Shown here piece by piece: positions 1 to 10,189 of a stretch of DNA of 64,000 bases. Source of the DNA: Ruminococcus sp. (GTDB taxonomy: Bacteria > Bacillota > Clostridia > Oscillospirales > Ruminococcaceae); assembly GCA_021201755.1 (NCBI GenBank), contig JAJQEI010000050.1, forward strand, positions 56,110 to 120,109, read 5' to 3'. Positions within the stretch are counted from its first letter, which is position 1. Every line of letters starts with the position of its first letter. The notes beneath the pieces are model-generated. The model worked only from the letters and a program-made list of their open reading frames with translations, was not told the origin of the DNA and did no database searches. Both the position numbers and the translations under genes were made by a program.

Positions 1-645
1 GAACGATTTTCAGCATTTCGAAATGGCGAATATGATATTATGCTAGGAACACAAATGATTGGAAAAGGCTTAGATTTTCCCCGTGTGACATTAGTCGGAG
101 TTTTGTCTGTTGATAAAGCGTTATATGCCGGCGATTTCCGTAGCTATGAGCGGACATTTTCTTTAGTAACGCAAGTTGTTGGAAGAAGCGGAAGAGGCAC
201 TCTGAAAGGGCGTGCAATTCTGCAAACGTCAATGCCAGATCATTATGTCATACGACTGGCAGCACAACAAGCGTACGAAGCATTTTACAAGCAGGAAATC
301 ATATTGCGTCGGCAATTGATTTTTCCACCAATTTGTGATATTTGTGTAATTGGTTTTACAGGTATGGAAGAGCAGAGTGTTCAGACAGCTTCTAAAATTG
401 CTACACAAATTTTAAAACAAGAAATTCAAAATCAGCATTTTTTCTATCCAATATGGGTACTGGAACCAGTACCCTGTGTATATGGAAAAATCAATGGAAA
501 ATATCGATATCAGTTGATTTTAAAATGTAAAAATACGAAGCCATATCGAGATTTGATTCGGACTGTTCTGACAAAATCCAATGCAGATAAACGTTGCACG
601 AGGGTGTATATTTACGCAGATATGAATGGCGATATTGGCGTATAA
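1..645 (+). CDS. priA: Primosomal protein N' (C-terminal part; gene begins before the window)
   Basis: Frame is open from base 1. Contains PriA motifs GTQMIGKGLDFPRVTLVGV, TQVVGRSGRG and KYRYQLILK; lies directly upstream of def-fmt. Confidence 0.95.
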   Translation, partial: ERFSAFRNGEYDIMLGTQMIGKGLDFPRVTLVGVLSVDKALYAGDFRSYERTFSLVTQVVGRSGRGTLKGRAILQTSMPDHYVIRLAAQQAYEAFYKQEIILRRQLIFPPICDICVIGFTGMEEQSVQTASKIATQILKQEIQNQHFFYPIWVLEPVPCVYGKINGKYRYQLILKCKNTKPYRDLIRTVLTKSNADKRCTRVYIYADMNGDIGV

Positions 646-671
646 TCATATAAAACAACGGAGGGAAAAGC

Positions 672-1142
672 ATGGCCATAAGAAAAATTATAAAAGAAGG
701 AGACCCGATTTTGCGGATGAAATGCCGACAAGTAGTACAATTTGATGAAAAACTCCATCAGTTGCTGGATGATATGCATGAAACACTGACCAAAGCTGAG
801 GGAGTTGGTTTGGCTGGTCCTCAAGTAGGTTATTGTCGTCAACTTTTTATCATGCATTTAGATGATGTACAATTAGAAGTGATCAATCCGATAATTCTTA
901 AAAAAAGTGGGAAACAGCGTGTGCTGGAAGGATGTCTCTCCGTACCGAATAAATGGGGCTATGTGATTCGACCAAAAAAATGTAAATTCCGTGCGCAAAA
1001 CAGAAATGGAAAATGGTATGAAATGACACTGACTGAATTGGGAGCACAGTGTATATGTCACGAATATGCGCATTTAGAGGGACAATTATTCGTGGACGTG
1101 GTGGAAGAATTTGTTGATCCAAAAGACTTGGAGGAAAAATGA
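672..1142 (+). CDS. def: Peptide deformylase
   Basis: Motifs GVGLAGPQVG, EGCLS and HEYAH; RBS gaggg. Confidence 0.97.
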   Translation: MAIRKIIKEGDPILRMKCRQVVQFDEKLHQLLDDMHETLTKAEGVGLAGPQVGYCRQLFIMHLDDVQLEVINPIILKKSGKQRVLEGCLSVPNKWGYVIRPKKCKFRAQNRNGKWYEMTLTELGAQCICHEYAHLEGQLFVDVVEEFVDPKDLEEK

Positions 1143-2068
1143 ATATTGTTTATATGGGAACTCCGGAAATTGCAGTTCCATGCTTGCAGTTTCTAGAAAA
1201 TCAAACAAAGCATACCGTAATGGCTGTTTTTACGCAACCAGATAAGCCAAAAGGACGTGGACAACATTTTGTTCCTACGCCGGTTAAAGCAGCTGCTTTG
1301 GAATATAATATTCCGGTATATCAGCCGTTGTCTCTGCGAAAAGGTGACAATGCAGAAAAAAGTTTACAAATTTTACAGCAATTGAATCCAGATTTGATTG
1401 TCGTTCTGGCATATGGGCAAATTTTGCCGAAAGATATTTTGAACTTGCCAAAATATGGGTGTATCAATTTGCACGCATCTCTTTTGCCGGCATATCGAGG
1501 AGCCGCACCAATTCAGTGGTGTATTTTAAATGGTGAAAAAGAGACTGGTATTACGGCAATGCAAATGACAGAAGGACTGGATACTGGCGATATGCTGTTG
1601 AAAAAATCTATTTCAATTGGAGCAGAAGAATCCGCAGACGAATTATCTGGTCGATTGGCTGATTTAGCAGCAGAAACTTTGTCAGAAACGCTTTATGCAT
1701 TAGAAGCTGGGAAACTACAACCGGAAAAACAAGATGACGATAAATCCTGTTATGCAGAGCGAATTACAAAACAAATGTCCGCATTAGATTTTACAAAACC
1801 GGCACAGACGCTGCATGACATCATTCGAGGTATTACTGGATTTACTACATTCGATGGCAAGCGATTGAAAATATATGCCTCACGGGTTGTTCCCAATATT
1901 TCAGCTGCACCTGGAACCATTACGGATGCAAAGGAATTTGTTGTGGCTTGTGGGGACGGAAATGGTTTGAAATTAATTGAAGTCCAGCCTGAGGGAAAGC
2001 GCCGCATGACTGCTAAAGAATTTTTGAGAGGAAAAAATTTAGAGATTGGTACACAATTTACTTTATAG
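1139..2068 (+). CDS. fmt: Methionyl-tRNA formyltransferase
   Basis: YMGTPEIA, TQPDKPKGRG, NLHASLLPAYRGAAPIQ; ATGA overlap with def. Confidence 0.97.
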   Translation: MNIVYMGTPEIAVPCLQFLENQTKHTVMAVFTQPDKPKGRGQHFVPTPVKAAALEYNIPVYQPLSLRKGDNAEKSLQILQQLNPDLIVVLAYGQILPKDILNLPKYGCINLHASLLPAYRGAAPIQWCILNGEKETGITAMQMTEGLDTGDMLLKKSISIGAEESADELSGRLADLAAETLSETLYALEAGKLQPEKQDDDKSCYAERITKQMSALDFTKPAQTLHDIIRGITGFTTFDGKRLKIYASRVVPNISAAPGTITDAKEFVVACGDGNGLKLIEVQPEGKRRMTAKEFLRGKNLEIGTQFTL

Positions 2069-2087
2069 TGATAAGGAGGAATAGCAT

Positions 2088-2771
2088 ATGTATATTTTTT
2101 ATGGTGGATATGGCTTATTGATTTTAGGACTAATTATTAGTTTGCTGGCATCTTGGAATGTCAAGGCAACATTCAATCGCTATAAAGATAAGTACAATAG
2201 TCGTGGTATAACGACGGTACAAGTAGCTAGACAGATCTTAGATGATAATGGACTATATCATATCACCATAGAACGTGTTTCAGGAAATCTGACTGATCAC
2301 TTTGACTCTAAAGCCAACGTGTTACGCTTATCTGATTCTACTTATGATTCTGCATCTGTTGCTGCGATTGGTGTTGCAGCGCATGAATGTGGTCATGCAG
2401 TACAGTATGCGCAAGCATATGGACCTATTAAGTTGCGCAGTATCATTATTCCAGTTTCTCAGTTTGGTTCTAAATCATGGTATATTGTATTTTTAATTGG
2501 GCTACTTCTCAGTGGATCTTACATTGGAGAAGTACTCCAGCTAGTAGGGATTTTCTTGTTTTGTTTGATTATCCTGTTTCAATTGATAACACTTCCGGTA
2601 GAGTTCAATGCCAGTCACAGAGCAATGCAAACATTGGAATCTCGATATATTTTAGTTGATGAAGAATTGGTTAGTGCAAAAAAGGTTTTGACTGCAGCAG
2701 CACTGACTTATGTTGCCGCCTTGGTAAATAGTATATTGCAGCTGATACGGTTGCTAAATCGCCGAAGATGA
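2088..2771 (+). CDS. YugP-like membrane zinc metallopeptidase
   Basis: AAHECGHAVQ (HExxH), LTDHFD, TLPVEFNASHRA, AAALTYVAA, plus hydrophobic segments. Confidence 0.9.
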   Translation: MYIFYGGYGLLILGLIISLLASWNVKATFNRYKDKYNSRGITTVQVARQILDDNGLYHITIERVSGNLTDHFDSKANVLRLSDSTYDSASVAAIGVAAHECGHAVQYAQAYGPIKLRSIIIPVSQFGSKSWYIVFLIGLLLSGSYIGEVLQLVGIFLFCLIILFQLITLPVEFNASHRAMQTLESRYILVDEELVSAKKVLTAAALTYVAALVNSILQLIRLLNRRR

Positions 2772-3440
2772 ACGGCAAAAAATTATCCATACAGCTTTTG
2801 AACCAAACGGAACAGGAACAATGTTATTCAAATCTGCTGCTTGATCATGCACTGTTTCATTCCGATTTGGATGAACATGAAAAACGCCTTTGCGCATTGC
2901 TGTATTATGGCGTCATAGAAAGACGAATTACGTTAGATACTGTAATTATGCATTATAGCAATAAGCCAATTTCTAAAATAGATCGAACAGTTCGAAACGT
3001 TTTACGTTTAGGGATCTATCAACTTTTATATTGTGAACAGATTCCGGCAAGAGCTGCCGTAAATGAGTGCGTTTCGCTGACTAGATCATTTCATAAAGCA
3101 AGTGCTTCTGGTTTTGTCAATGCAATTTTACGAAGTTTTCTTCGGGACGATTGTAAAATTCCTTATCCAAAAGAAAAAGATGCTGCAATGGCAGTGGAAT
3201 ATGTCGTCCCCATATGGCTGCGGTATTTTACAATATTCTACTTGTACAATTTTACCGGAAGAAAACGAAAAAGTAGTACAATGTTTTTTGGAAAAGCATC
3301 CGGAATTTCAGTTGGAACCAATTGCACCGAGATTTGGCAACTTATTTTGCAGTACGATGTTGACACTTTTGCCAGAGCAATTTTACAGCGATGGATTCTT
3401 TTTATCTAAATTTCGTCGAAAAAACATGATGAAAACATAA
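2768..3440 (+). pseudogene. rsmB: 16S rRNA m5C967 methyltransferase RsmB/Sun with a large internal deletion and frameshift
   Basis: The NusB-like N-domain (LYYGVIERRITLD, VLRLGIYQL, FVNAILR) is joined at about 3215-3224 directly to the C-terminal GILQYSTCTILPEENE...DGFFLSKF in another frame. The SAM-binding core is absent. Confidence 0.9.
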
Positions 3441-3488
3441 AGTATGTAAGTAAGAAATGCTCTTTCGCACTTTTGATGGAGGACATTT

Positions 3489-4532
3489 ATGGAAAAAAAA
3501 GATATTCTTTCTATGCCATATAACCAATTAGAAGAAGAAATATATTTGCTTGGAGAGCCGAAATTCCGAACAAAACAGATTTATACTTGGCTACATCAAA
3601 AACAAACGACTGATTTTTCAAAAATGTCTTCACTTTCTCTCCAATTGCGAGAACGTTTAGATAGAATTTTTTGTATAAATAGACTAAAAATCACAAGAAA
3701 GCTTGCATCTTCTATTGATCATACGGTAAAATACTTATATGAACTTCCAGACGGCAATTATGTAGAAACCGTTTTGATGGAATACCATTACGGAAAAAGC
3801 CTTTGCATATCGACACAAGTAGGCTGTAAAATGAGGTGTCAATTTTGTGCGTCTACAGTTGCCGGATTCATTCGCAATTTGACACCTTCAGAAATGCTGC
3901 TACAGATATACGAAACACAGCGAGATATTGGTACCAGAATTGATCATCTTGTGTTAATGGGAATTGGTGAGCCATTAGATAATTTAGAAAATGTTTTGAC
4001 GTTTTTTCAACTGCTATCGGATCCCAAAGGATTCGGTATGAGTTTGCGTCACGTAACACTTTCTACGTGTGGCTTGGTACCACAAATCAAACAACTTGCC
4101 GATTTGCATCTTGGCTTGACACTATCACTTTCGTTACACAGCCCTGAGAATCTCCGCCGTAGTGAAATTATGCCAGTCAATCGACGCTATCCAATTGAAG
4201 CGACTATGGAGGCTTGTCGCTATTATTTCCAAGTGACTGGTAGACGAGTAACGATAGAATATGCAGTGATAGATCATGTAAATTGTTCCAAATTAGATGC
4301 AAAAAAATTGGCAGCTTTACTTAAGGATATGTATTGTCATGTAAATTTAATCCCTGTCAATCCAATTGCAGAGAAAAATTTTCAAACGATGCGTCAAAAT
4401 GTAGAGCTATTTCAAAAAGAATTGGAGACACTCGGCGTAAACGCAACTATACGCAGAACGTTGGGCAGCGATATTCAAGCTGCTTGTGGGCAATTGCGAC
4501 GAGATGCGTATCAAAATATCAAAGAAATATAG
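3489..4532 (+). CDS. rlmN: Dual-specificity rRNA/tRNA methyltransferase RlmN (radical SAM)
   Basis: CISTQVGCKMRCQFCAS, MGIGEPLDN, DIQAACGQL. Confidence 0.96.
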   Translation: MEKKDILSMPYNQLEEEIYLLGEPKFRTKQIYTWLHQKQTTDFSKMSSLSLQLRERLDRIFCINRLKITRKLASSIDHTVKYLYELPDGNYVETVLMEYHYGKSLCISTQVGCKMRCQFCASTVAGFIRNLTPSEMLLQIYETQRDIGTRIDHLVLMGIGEPLDNLENVLTFFQLLSDPKGFGMSLRHVTLSTCGLVPQIKQLADLHLGLTLSLSLHSPENLRRSEIMPVNRRYPIEATMEACRYYFQVTGRRVTIEYAVIDHVNCSKLDAKKLAALLKDMYCHVNLIPVNPIAEKNFQTMRQNVELFQKELETLGVNATIRRTLGSDIQAACGQLRRDAYQNIKEI

Positions 4533-4557
4533 ACTTATTCCATGGAGGTGGTAGAGA

Positions 4558-5295
4558 TTGGTGAGTGCATCGCAAACACATATTGGGTACGTACGAGATG
4601 AAAATCAAGATTGTGTGGACACAAGGCAATTTGGAAAAAATCAATTGCTGTTGGTTTGCGACGGTATGGGTGGGGAGCGATCCGGCAAAAAAGCGAGTAC
4701 AATGGCATCAAAAATTTTTTTCGAGCATTTTATAGAAGGATATTCTGAAGATATGGATGCTTACAGCGTGCGCTCTTTGTTGCTATCGTCTATTTCCGCT
4801 GCAAATTCTGTTGTGTATATAACCGCTCGAATGGATTATCAAAATTTTGGTATGGGTACAACATGCGTAACAGCTTTTGTAACAGAGTCCTATATCGCTG
4901 TCGCTAATGTAGGAGACAGTCGGGCGTATCTGATGGAAAATGGAAAATTGCGACAGATTACAAAAGATCACACTGTTGTAAATATGCTGCTGGAGCGTGG
5001 TCGAATTACAGAAAAAGAAGTGCGAACGCATCCACAACGTCATATGCTGATAAAAGCGGTAGGCGTAGAGAGAACTGTTTGTCCGGATTTCTTTCGAATT
5101 GATCTGGAGGAGCATCAACCGTTTCGATTACTTCTTTGCTCTGATGGATTGTCTGGTTTTTGTACGGATGCCGAAATAGCCACAATCCTGAGCGGTACGT
5201 TTTCTGCAGAAGAATTGACGGAACAACTAATTCAGGCGGCATTACAAAAAGGTGGAAACGATAACATTTCTGTTGCAGTAGTAACAGCATCATAA
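4558..5295 (+). CDS. stp: PP2C Ser/Thr phosphatase (Stp1/PrpC)
   Basis: ENQD, VCDGMGG, NVGDSRAY, LLCSDGL, GGNDNISV; upstream of the kinase. Confidence 0.94.
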   Translation: MVSASQTHIGYVRDENQDCVDTRQFGKNQLLLVCDGMGGERSGKKASTMASKIFFEHFIEGYSEDMDAYSVRSLLLSSISAANSVVYITARMDYQNFGMGTTCVTAFVTESYIAVANVGDSRAYLMENGKLRQITKDHTVVNMLLERGRITEKEVRTHPQRHMLIKAVGVERTVCPDFFRIDLEEHQPFRLLLCSDGLSGFCTDAEIATILSGTFSAEELTEQLIQAALQKGGNDNISVAVVTAS

Positions 5296-5312
5296 TTGGA
5301 GGAACTGTAGGA

Positions 5313-7406
5313 ATGGATAAGAATCAATTCATTGGAACAAGGTTGGATGGTCGGTATGAATTAACGGAGCTTGTCGGTGAAGGCGGAATGGCAAATGTAT
5401 ATCGTGCCATCGATGTTTTGGATAACCGAATGGTTGCTGTAAAAATTTTAAAAAAAGAATATTCAGAAAGTGAAGAATTTCAGCGTCGCTTTCGAAATGA
5501 ATCCAAGGCAATTGCCGTTATGTCACACCCAAATATTGTAAAAATTTACGATATGGGCTTTTCAGAACGTGTACAATATATTGTTATGGAATTTATCGAT
5601 GGAATCACGTTAAAGGACTATATTGACAGTGAAAAAGTCTTAAACTGGAAGGATGCTGTACACTTCGTTATTCAAATTTTGAGAGCATTACAGCATGCAC
5701 ATAATCGAGGCATTGTACACCGTGATATTAAACCGCAAAATATTATGTTGCTGACAGATGGCACTATTAAAGTGATGGACTTTGGCATTGCCAAATTTGC
5801 ACGAGAAGAGAGCAGAACAGCAACAGATCAGGCAATTGGTACAGTACATTATATCAGTCCTGAGCAAGCCCGAGGTGACGTGATAGATGCTAAAAGCGAT
5901 ATCTATTCTATTGGCATCATGTTCTATGAGATGCTCACAGGCTGTAAGCCATTTGATACAGATAATCCAGTGTCAATTGCTGTGATGCATATGCAGAATG
6001 TGGCAGAGCGACCTAGAAATATTAATCCTAATATTCCGTCTGGTTTGGAAGAAATTATTATGCATGCTATGGAAAAAGATGCATCAAAGCGGTATCAATC
6101 TGCTTCCGAGATGATTCGTGATATTGAGGCATTTAAGGCAAACAACCAAATTATCTTTGGTTATTACAACACGGCACCACTGCAAGGGCAAATACAATAT
6201 TTTACAACACCACCGAGTGATCGTACAAAACGTGAAGATTCTATATATCAAGATGATGATACAAATTATTATTCGGATGATGATGACGAGGGAGAATATC
6301 AGGAACAAAGTAAGTCACTTGTTGTCCCAATACTGACAGCAGTCACAATTGTTGTTGTAATTGTTGCAGTGATCGTCATTTTTCTCATTGTCAGCAATGG
6401 AACCGGGAGTTCTAGCAGCACGACCGCAGAAGTTCCTAATGTAGTTGGTATGGATTATGATGAAGCTGTTTTGAATTATCCGAATGTAGAATTTCAAATT
6501 GAGGAAACTGACTATACAGATCAATATGATGAAAATGTTATCTATAAACAAAAATATGATGCTGGTGAATACATCAAGAAAAATGATGATGGAAAAATTG
6601 AACTACCGATTGCAGTTAGCCTTGGTGTACAAAAAGTGACTATTCCAGACTTGACGAATTATACGTATGAGCAAGCAGAAGAGGCACTATCATCCCTTGG
6701 TTTAGAGATTGAACAGAAAAAGATAGAAAGCACCTCAGAAGAAAATATTGAAGCGGGACACGTCATTAAGACGGATCCTGAAGCAGAGACAGAAGTTGTA
6801 GTTGGCGATACAATTGTTGTTTATGTCAGTCAAGGAATTGCTGTAGATGAAACCGACGTACCGAATTTTGTTGGTATGACGTTGGAAGAAGCACAGGAGG
6901 AGTGTGAGGCAAGAGGTCTTGTCATAGAGACAGTCGAAGAAGATTCAGAAGAAGAGAAAGATGTTGTGATTGCACAGGATGTGGAAAGTGGCTCTGTTGT
7001 AATATCGGGAACAACGATTACTTTAACAATCAGTTCCGGTGTAGAACCAGAGGGAACAGTTTCCTATGGAATCTTAAACTTGCCGGATACAATGAGTGGC
7101 GCATATACGTTGAATTTTTCTACAGATGAAGGCGTAATTCAAAGTTATCAATTCGTACGAGAAAGTTTGGACGATGGCTCCGTCACAGTTCCAATTACAG
7201 GAACAGGTTCTAAAACGGTGTCCGTATCGATTTCAAGCTCTCAAAGTGGAAAAACGGCGTTGATTGGAACTTATACGTTTGACTTTACAAATGAAACATT
7301 TTCAGCGATTAGTGAAGATTTGGATACTGCATTGAATTCTGTCATTTTGGTTACAACGACGACAGTCACAACAGCGGAATCAGTGGAAGAGTCTGAAGGA
7401 GAATAA
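5313..7406 (+). CDS. prkC: PASTA-domain Ser/Thr protein kinase (PrkC/PknB)
   Basis: GEGGMA, VAVK, HRDIKPQN, DFG, GTVHYISPEQ; a TM helix, three PASTA-like repeats (VPNVVG, IPDLTN, VPNFVG) and an extra C-terminal domain. Confidence 0.95.
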   Translation: MDKNQFIGTRLDGRYELTELVGEGGMANVYRAIDVLDNRMVAVKILKKEYSESEEFQRRFRNESKAIAVMSHPNIVKIYDMGFSERVQYIVMEFIDGITLKDYIDSEKVLNWKDAVHFVIQILRALQHAHNRGIVHRDIKPQNIMLLTDGTIKVMDFGIAKFAREESRTATDQAIGTVHYISPEQARGDVIDAKSDIYSIGIMFYEMLTGCKPFDTDNPVSIAVMHMQNVAERPRNINPNIPSGLEEIIMHAMEKDASKRYQSASEMIRDIEAFKANNQIIFGYYNTAPLQGQIQYFTTPPSDRTKREDSIYQDDDTNYYSDDDDEGEYQEQSKSLVVPILTAVTIVVVIVAVIVIFLIVSNGTGSSSSTTAEVPNVVGMDYDEAVLNYPNVEFQIEETDYTDQYDENVIYKQKYDAGEYIKKNDDGKIELPIAVSLGVQKVTIPDLTNYTYEQAEEALSSLGLEIEQKKIESTSEENIEAGHVIKTDPEAETEVVVGDTIVVYVSQGIAVDETDVPNFVGMTLEEAQEECEARGLVIETVEEDSEEEKDVVIAQDVESGSVVISGTTITLTISSGVEPEGTVSYGILNLPDTMSGAYTLNFSTDEGVIQSYQFVRESLDDGSVTVPITGTGSKTVSVSISSSQSGKTALIGTYTFDFTNETFSAISEDLDTALNSVILVTTTTVTTAESVEESEGE

Positions 7407-7410
7407 AAAT

Positions 7411-8304
7411 ATGAGCTGTGCTGAAACAGAAAATCCTGCAGCAGCACGGGGCAGAATTATTGCATCTGTGGGAGGTCTCTATACGGTAGAGACCTCTTGC
7501 AATATCTGTACCTGTAAAGCGAGAGGTATATTTCGAAAAAAAGGAATCATTCCGTATGTGGGAGATTATGTCAACTTATCAGAAGATCAGGTTATCTATG
7601 AGATTTTACCACGACGTAATGCAATTCTACGTCCACCTGTCGCAAATTTAGATCAAATTTTCTTTGTGGTATCTTCTTGTAAACCTAGTCCGAATTTACA
7701 ACTTCTGGACTCTTTTTTGACAGTGACAATTTACTTGAAAATCCAGCCAATTTTGATTCTAACGAAGGTGGATTTAGACGATGCACATGAGCTATACGAA
7801 TTATATGACCACGCTGGAATACCTGTGTATATAGTGGATTATGAAAAACCGAAATCAATTGCAGCAATTGGGGCACTTATGAAAAATCGTACCGGTATGA
7901 TGACTGGAAATTCCGGTGTAGGAAAGACAACACTCCTCAATGCAATTGAACCGTCACTAAAACTTCCAGTAAATGCAATTAGCGAGAAACTGGGGCGTGG
8001 AAAACATACAACACGAGAAGTGAGACTGTTTTCTTGCGCTGGCGGATATTTGGCCGATACACCTGGATTTTCGACATTTGAAGTAGAACAGTATGTGAAA
8101 ATGGAGAAGGAGCGAATCGCAGTGTGTTTTCCGGAATTTCGTCCCTATTTAGGAAGGTGTCGTTTCTTGGATTGTGCACATATATGTGAAAAAGGATGTG
8201 CAGTCGTAGAAGCAGTAATGGCAGGGAAGATAGCACAAAGTCGTCACACTGCCTATTGTAATCTTTATCAGATTGCAAAACAGAGAAAGGCATGGGAGAA
8301 ATGA
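7411..8304 (+). CDS. rsgA: Ribosome small subunit-dependent GTPase
   Basis: TKVD, GNSGVGKT, GRGKHTT, DTPGF, Zn finger CRFLDCAHICEKGC. Confidence 0.96.
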   Translation: MSCAETENPAAARGRIIASVGGLYTVETSCNICTCKARGIFRKKGIIPYVGDYVNLSEDQVIYEILPRRNAILRPPVANLDQIFFVVSSCKPSPNLQLLDSFLTVTIYLKIQPILILTKVDLDDAHELYELYDHAGIPVYIVDYEKPKSIAAIGALMKNRTGMMTGNSGVGKTTLLNAIEPSLKLPVNAISEKLGRGKHTTREVRLFSCAGGYLADTPGFSTFEVEQYVKMEKERIAVCFPEFRPYLGRCRFLDCAHICEKGCAVVEAVMAGKIAQSRHTAYCNLYQIAKQRKAWEK

Positions 8305-8924
8305 ATCGTGCGGTAATATTTGCCGGAGCACCAGTACAACCGAAATTACAACCACCGGTACCGAAAGCATCATATTATATCTGTGCAGATGCAGGTTTAA
8401 GGCTCGCAGATGCATTGCAAATACAACCAGATTATATTATTGGCGATTTTGATTCGCTGCAGTATGTGCCGACATCAATAGACTATGAAAAAATAAAAAA
8501 AGTTCCTGTACAAAAGGACGAAACAGATACTATCCTTGCTGCACAATACGCAATATCTCAAGGATGTACAGAGTTGGTTTTTTATGGAGCATTGGGTGGC
8601 AGAATAGATCATATGATTGCCAATATACAAATGCTGCAAATGCTTGCAAATGATGGCGTGCAAGGAATTCTGATAGATGAAAATCATTGGATTACTATAC
8701 AACGAAATTGTATTCAACATTACATGAAACGTGATGGCTATTTTTCACTATTTGCTTTGACGGAACAGTGCAAAGGCGTAACAATGACAGGTGTAGCGTA
8801 TCCGCTGCAAAACAGTACTTTACGCTCGAATTTTCCGATAGGAGTTAGTAATCAAATCATTGAACCTGAAGCAACAGTCAAGGTAGATGATGGAGACTTG
8901 TTGATCATTTTCTCAAAAGATTAA
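8301..8924 (+). CDS. thiN: Thiamine pyrophosphokinase
   Basis: CADAG, GDFDS, KDETDT, GALGGRIDH; ATGA overlap with the rsgA stop. Confidence 0.93.
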   Translation: MNRAVIFAGAPVQPKLQPPVPKASYYICADAGLRLADALQIQPDYIIGDFDSLQYVPTSIDYEKIKKVPVQKDETDTILAAQYAISQGCTELVFYGALGGRIDHMIANIQMLQMLANDGVQGILIDENHWITIQRNCIQHYMKRDGYFSLFALTEQCKGVTMTGVAYPLQNSTLRSNFPIGVSNQIIEPEATVKVDDGDLLIIFSKD

Positions 8925-8996
8925 AAATCATGAATAACATTAAGCCACCTCTAAAACGCCCCAAAATCAATTTTCATTCATCAAAGACAAATAGCT

Positions 8997-9464
8997 TCAC
9001 ATTTTCAGGATACATGGAAATATCATGGTTACTGTTTTAACTTCGTTTGCATCCAACGTCATGGAAGCTGATGCGTTCCCGTTAAAATAGGAAAATAGAT
9101 ATGGATTCAATCCACCGCCGGAAACAGAATCATATTGTATACAAGTGGAAGATAAATCCAAAGTCTGCACTTCTTCTGTTGTATTTTTTATTTCTAAATT
9201 GAATAATAGATCTTGTTCATCCACATAATCCTTTATCTCATCATCGTACATCGTGGACAGTTCCTCACCGGAATAAATGCCATACGCCGATGATATGATC
9301 TGTAAATTATGAAAGGAAAAAGTTTCCTGTGGTTGATATACCACTCGTTCTGTGATCTGATACTTGACCGTATTGATGTAAATGACACGTATTACAAAAA
9401 GTGCAGCGAGAATAGCGGCAAGTAAGATGCCAATTCCCAAACGCAGCTTACGACTTCTGCTCAT
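8997..9464 (-). CDS. Membrane-anchored hypothetical protein (DUF5028-like), last recognisable gene of a decayed ABC-exporter cluster
   Basis: Basic N-terminus plus one TM helix, then a beta-rich domain (LLFNLEIKNTT); overlaps the ABC ATPase stop. The DUF assignment is recalled resemblance only. Confidence 0.45.
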   Translation of the reverse strand: MSRSRKLRLGIGILLAAILAALFVIRVIYINTVKYQITERVVYQPQETFSFHNLQIISSAYGIYSGEELSTMYDDEIKDYVDEQDLLFNLEIKNTTEEVQTLDLSSTCIQYDSVSGGGLNPYLFSYFNGNASASMTLDANEVKTVTMIFPCILKM

Positions 9465-9980
9465 GTAAGAATCCTCCCCGCTTCCATCTTGAATATCTGG
9501 TCAGACAATTGCTCTAGTTCCTCTCTGTCATGACAGGCAATCAGAATGACCGATCCTTTTTCTTTCAAATCATGTAAAATGGCACGAACATTCTGCATGC
9601 CGCTTTCATCAATCGCATTGATTGGTTCATCCAGAATGACAAGCTTCGGATCTCCCATTACCGCTGCCGCAATGCCAAGCTTTTGCTTCATGCCAAGCGA
9701 ATATTTTCGGTAGACTCTCTTGTCCATTGGATCTAATCCGACACGGGACAGGATCGCACAAATCTGTTCATAAGCATTTTTAGATTCTGAAATCCTGTAT
9801 ATCCATGTATTTCATCATTCAGCAAAATCGTTCCGGAGGTGGGGCGAATGAGTCCGCATATGGTTCGCATCAGCATGGTTTTTCCACAGCCGTTTTTCCC
9901 TTGCACGCCGTAGACATTACCGCCTTCTAATTCCAATGAGATATGATCCAGAACGGATACGCCTTTGATGGTTTTGCAGA
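9461..9980 (-). pseudogene. ABC transporter ATP-binding protein, multiply deleted and frameshifted
   Basis: Walker A GKNGCGKT is in one frame; signature YSLGMKQKLG, Walker B ILDEP and the H-loop are in another. The Q-loop region between LLNDE and IHGYTGFQNL is missing, and no native start is seen. Confidence 0.88.
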
Positions 9981-10083
9981 CCTCTACAGGCGGTTCTGCT
10001 CGGGAATTTTCTTCGGATGTACGACGGCTCTTAAAAATAAATGGTCGAATTTCTGAAACATAGTTGCAATGAAGAAAAAAGCG

Positions 10084-10092
10084 TGGTATAAT
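10084..10092 (+). promoter_or_regulatory. Extended -10 promoter (TGgTATAAT) for the recombinase
   Basis: tggtataat at 10084-10092, about 155 nt upstream of the ATG. Confidence 0.6.
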
Positions 10093-10189
10093 AGAATTGT
10101 GGAAAGAATCAGCGACTAGAAAAAAATAGAAACTTTTTTGCGGTTGTTTGCTAGTTGTTGATATTCCTAGTAAATCAGGTTTCAAAACT

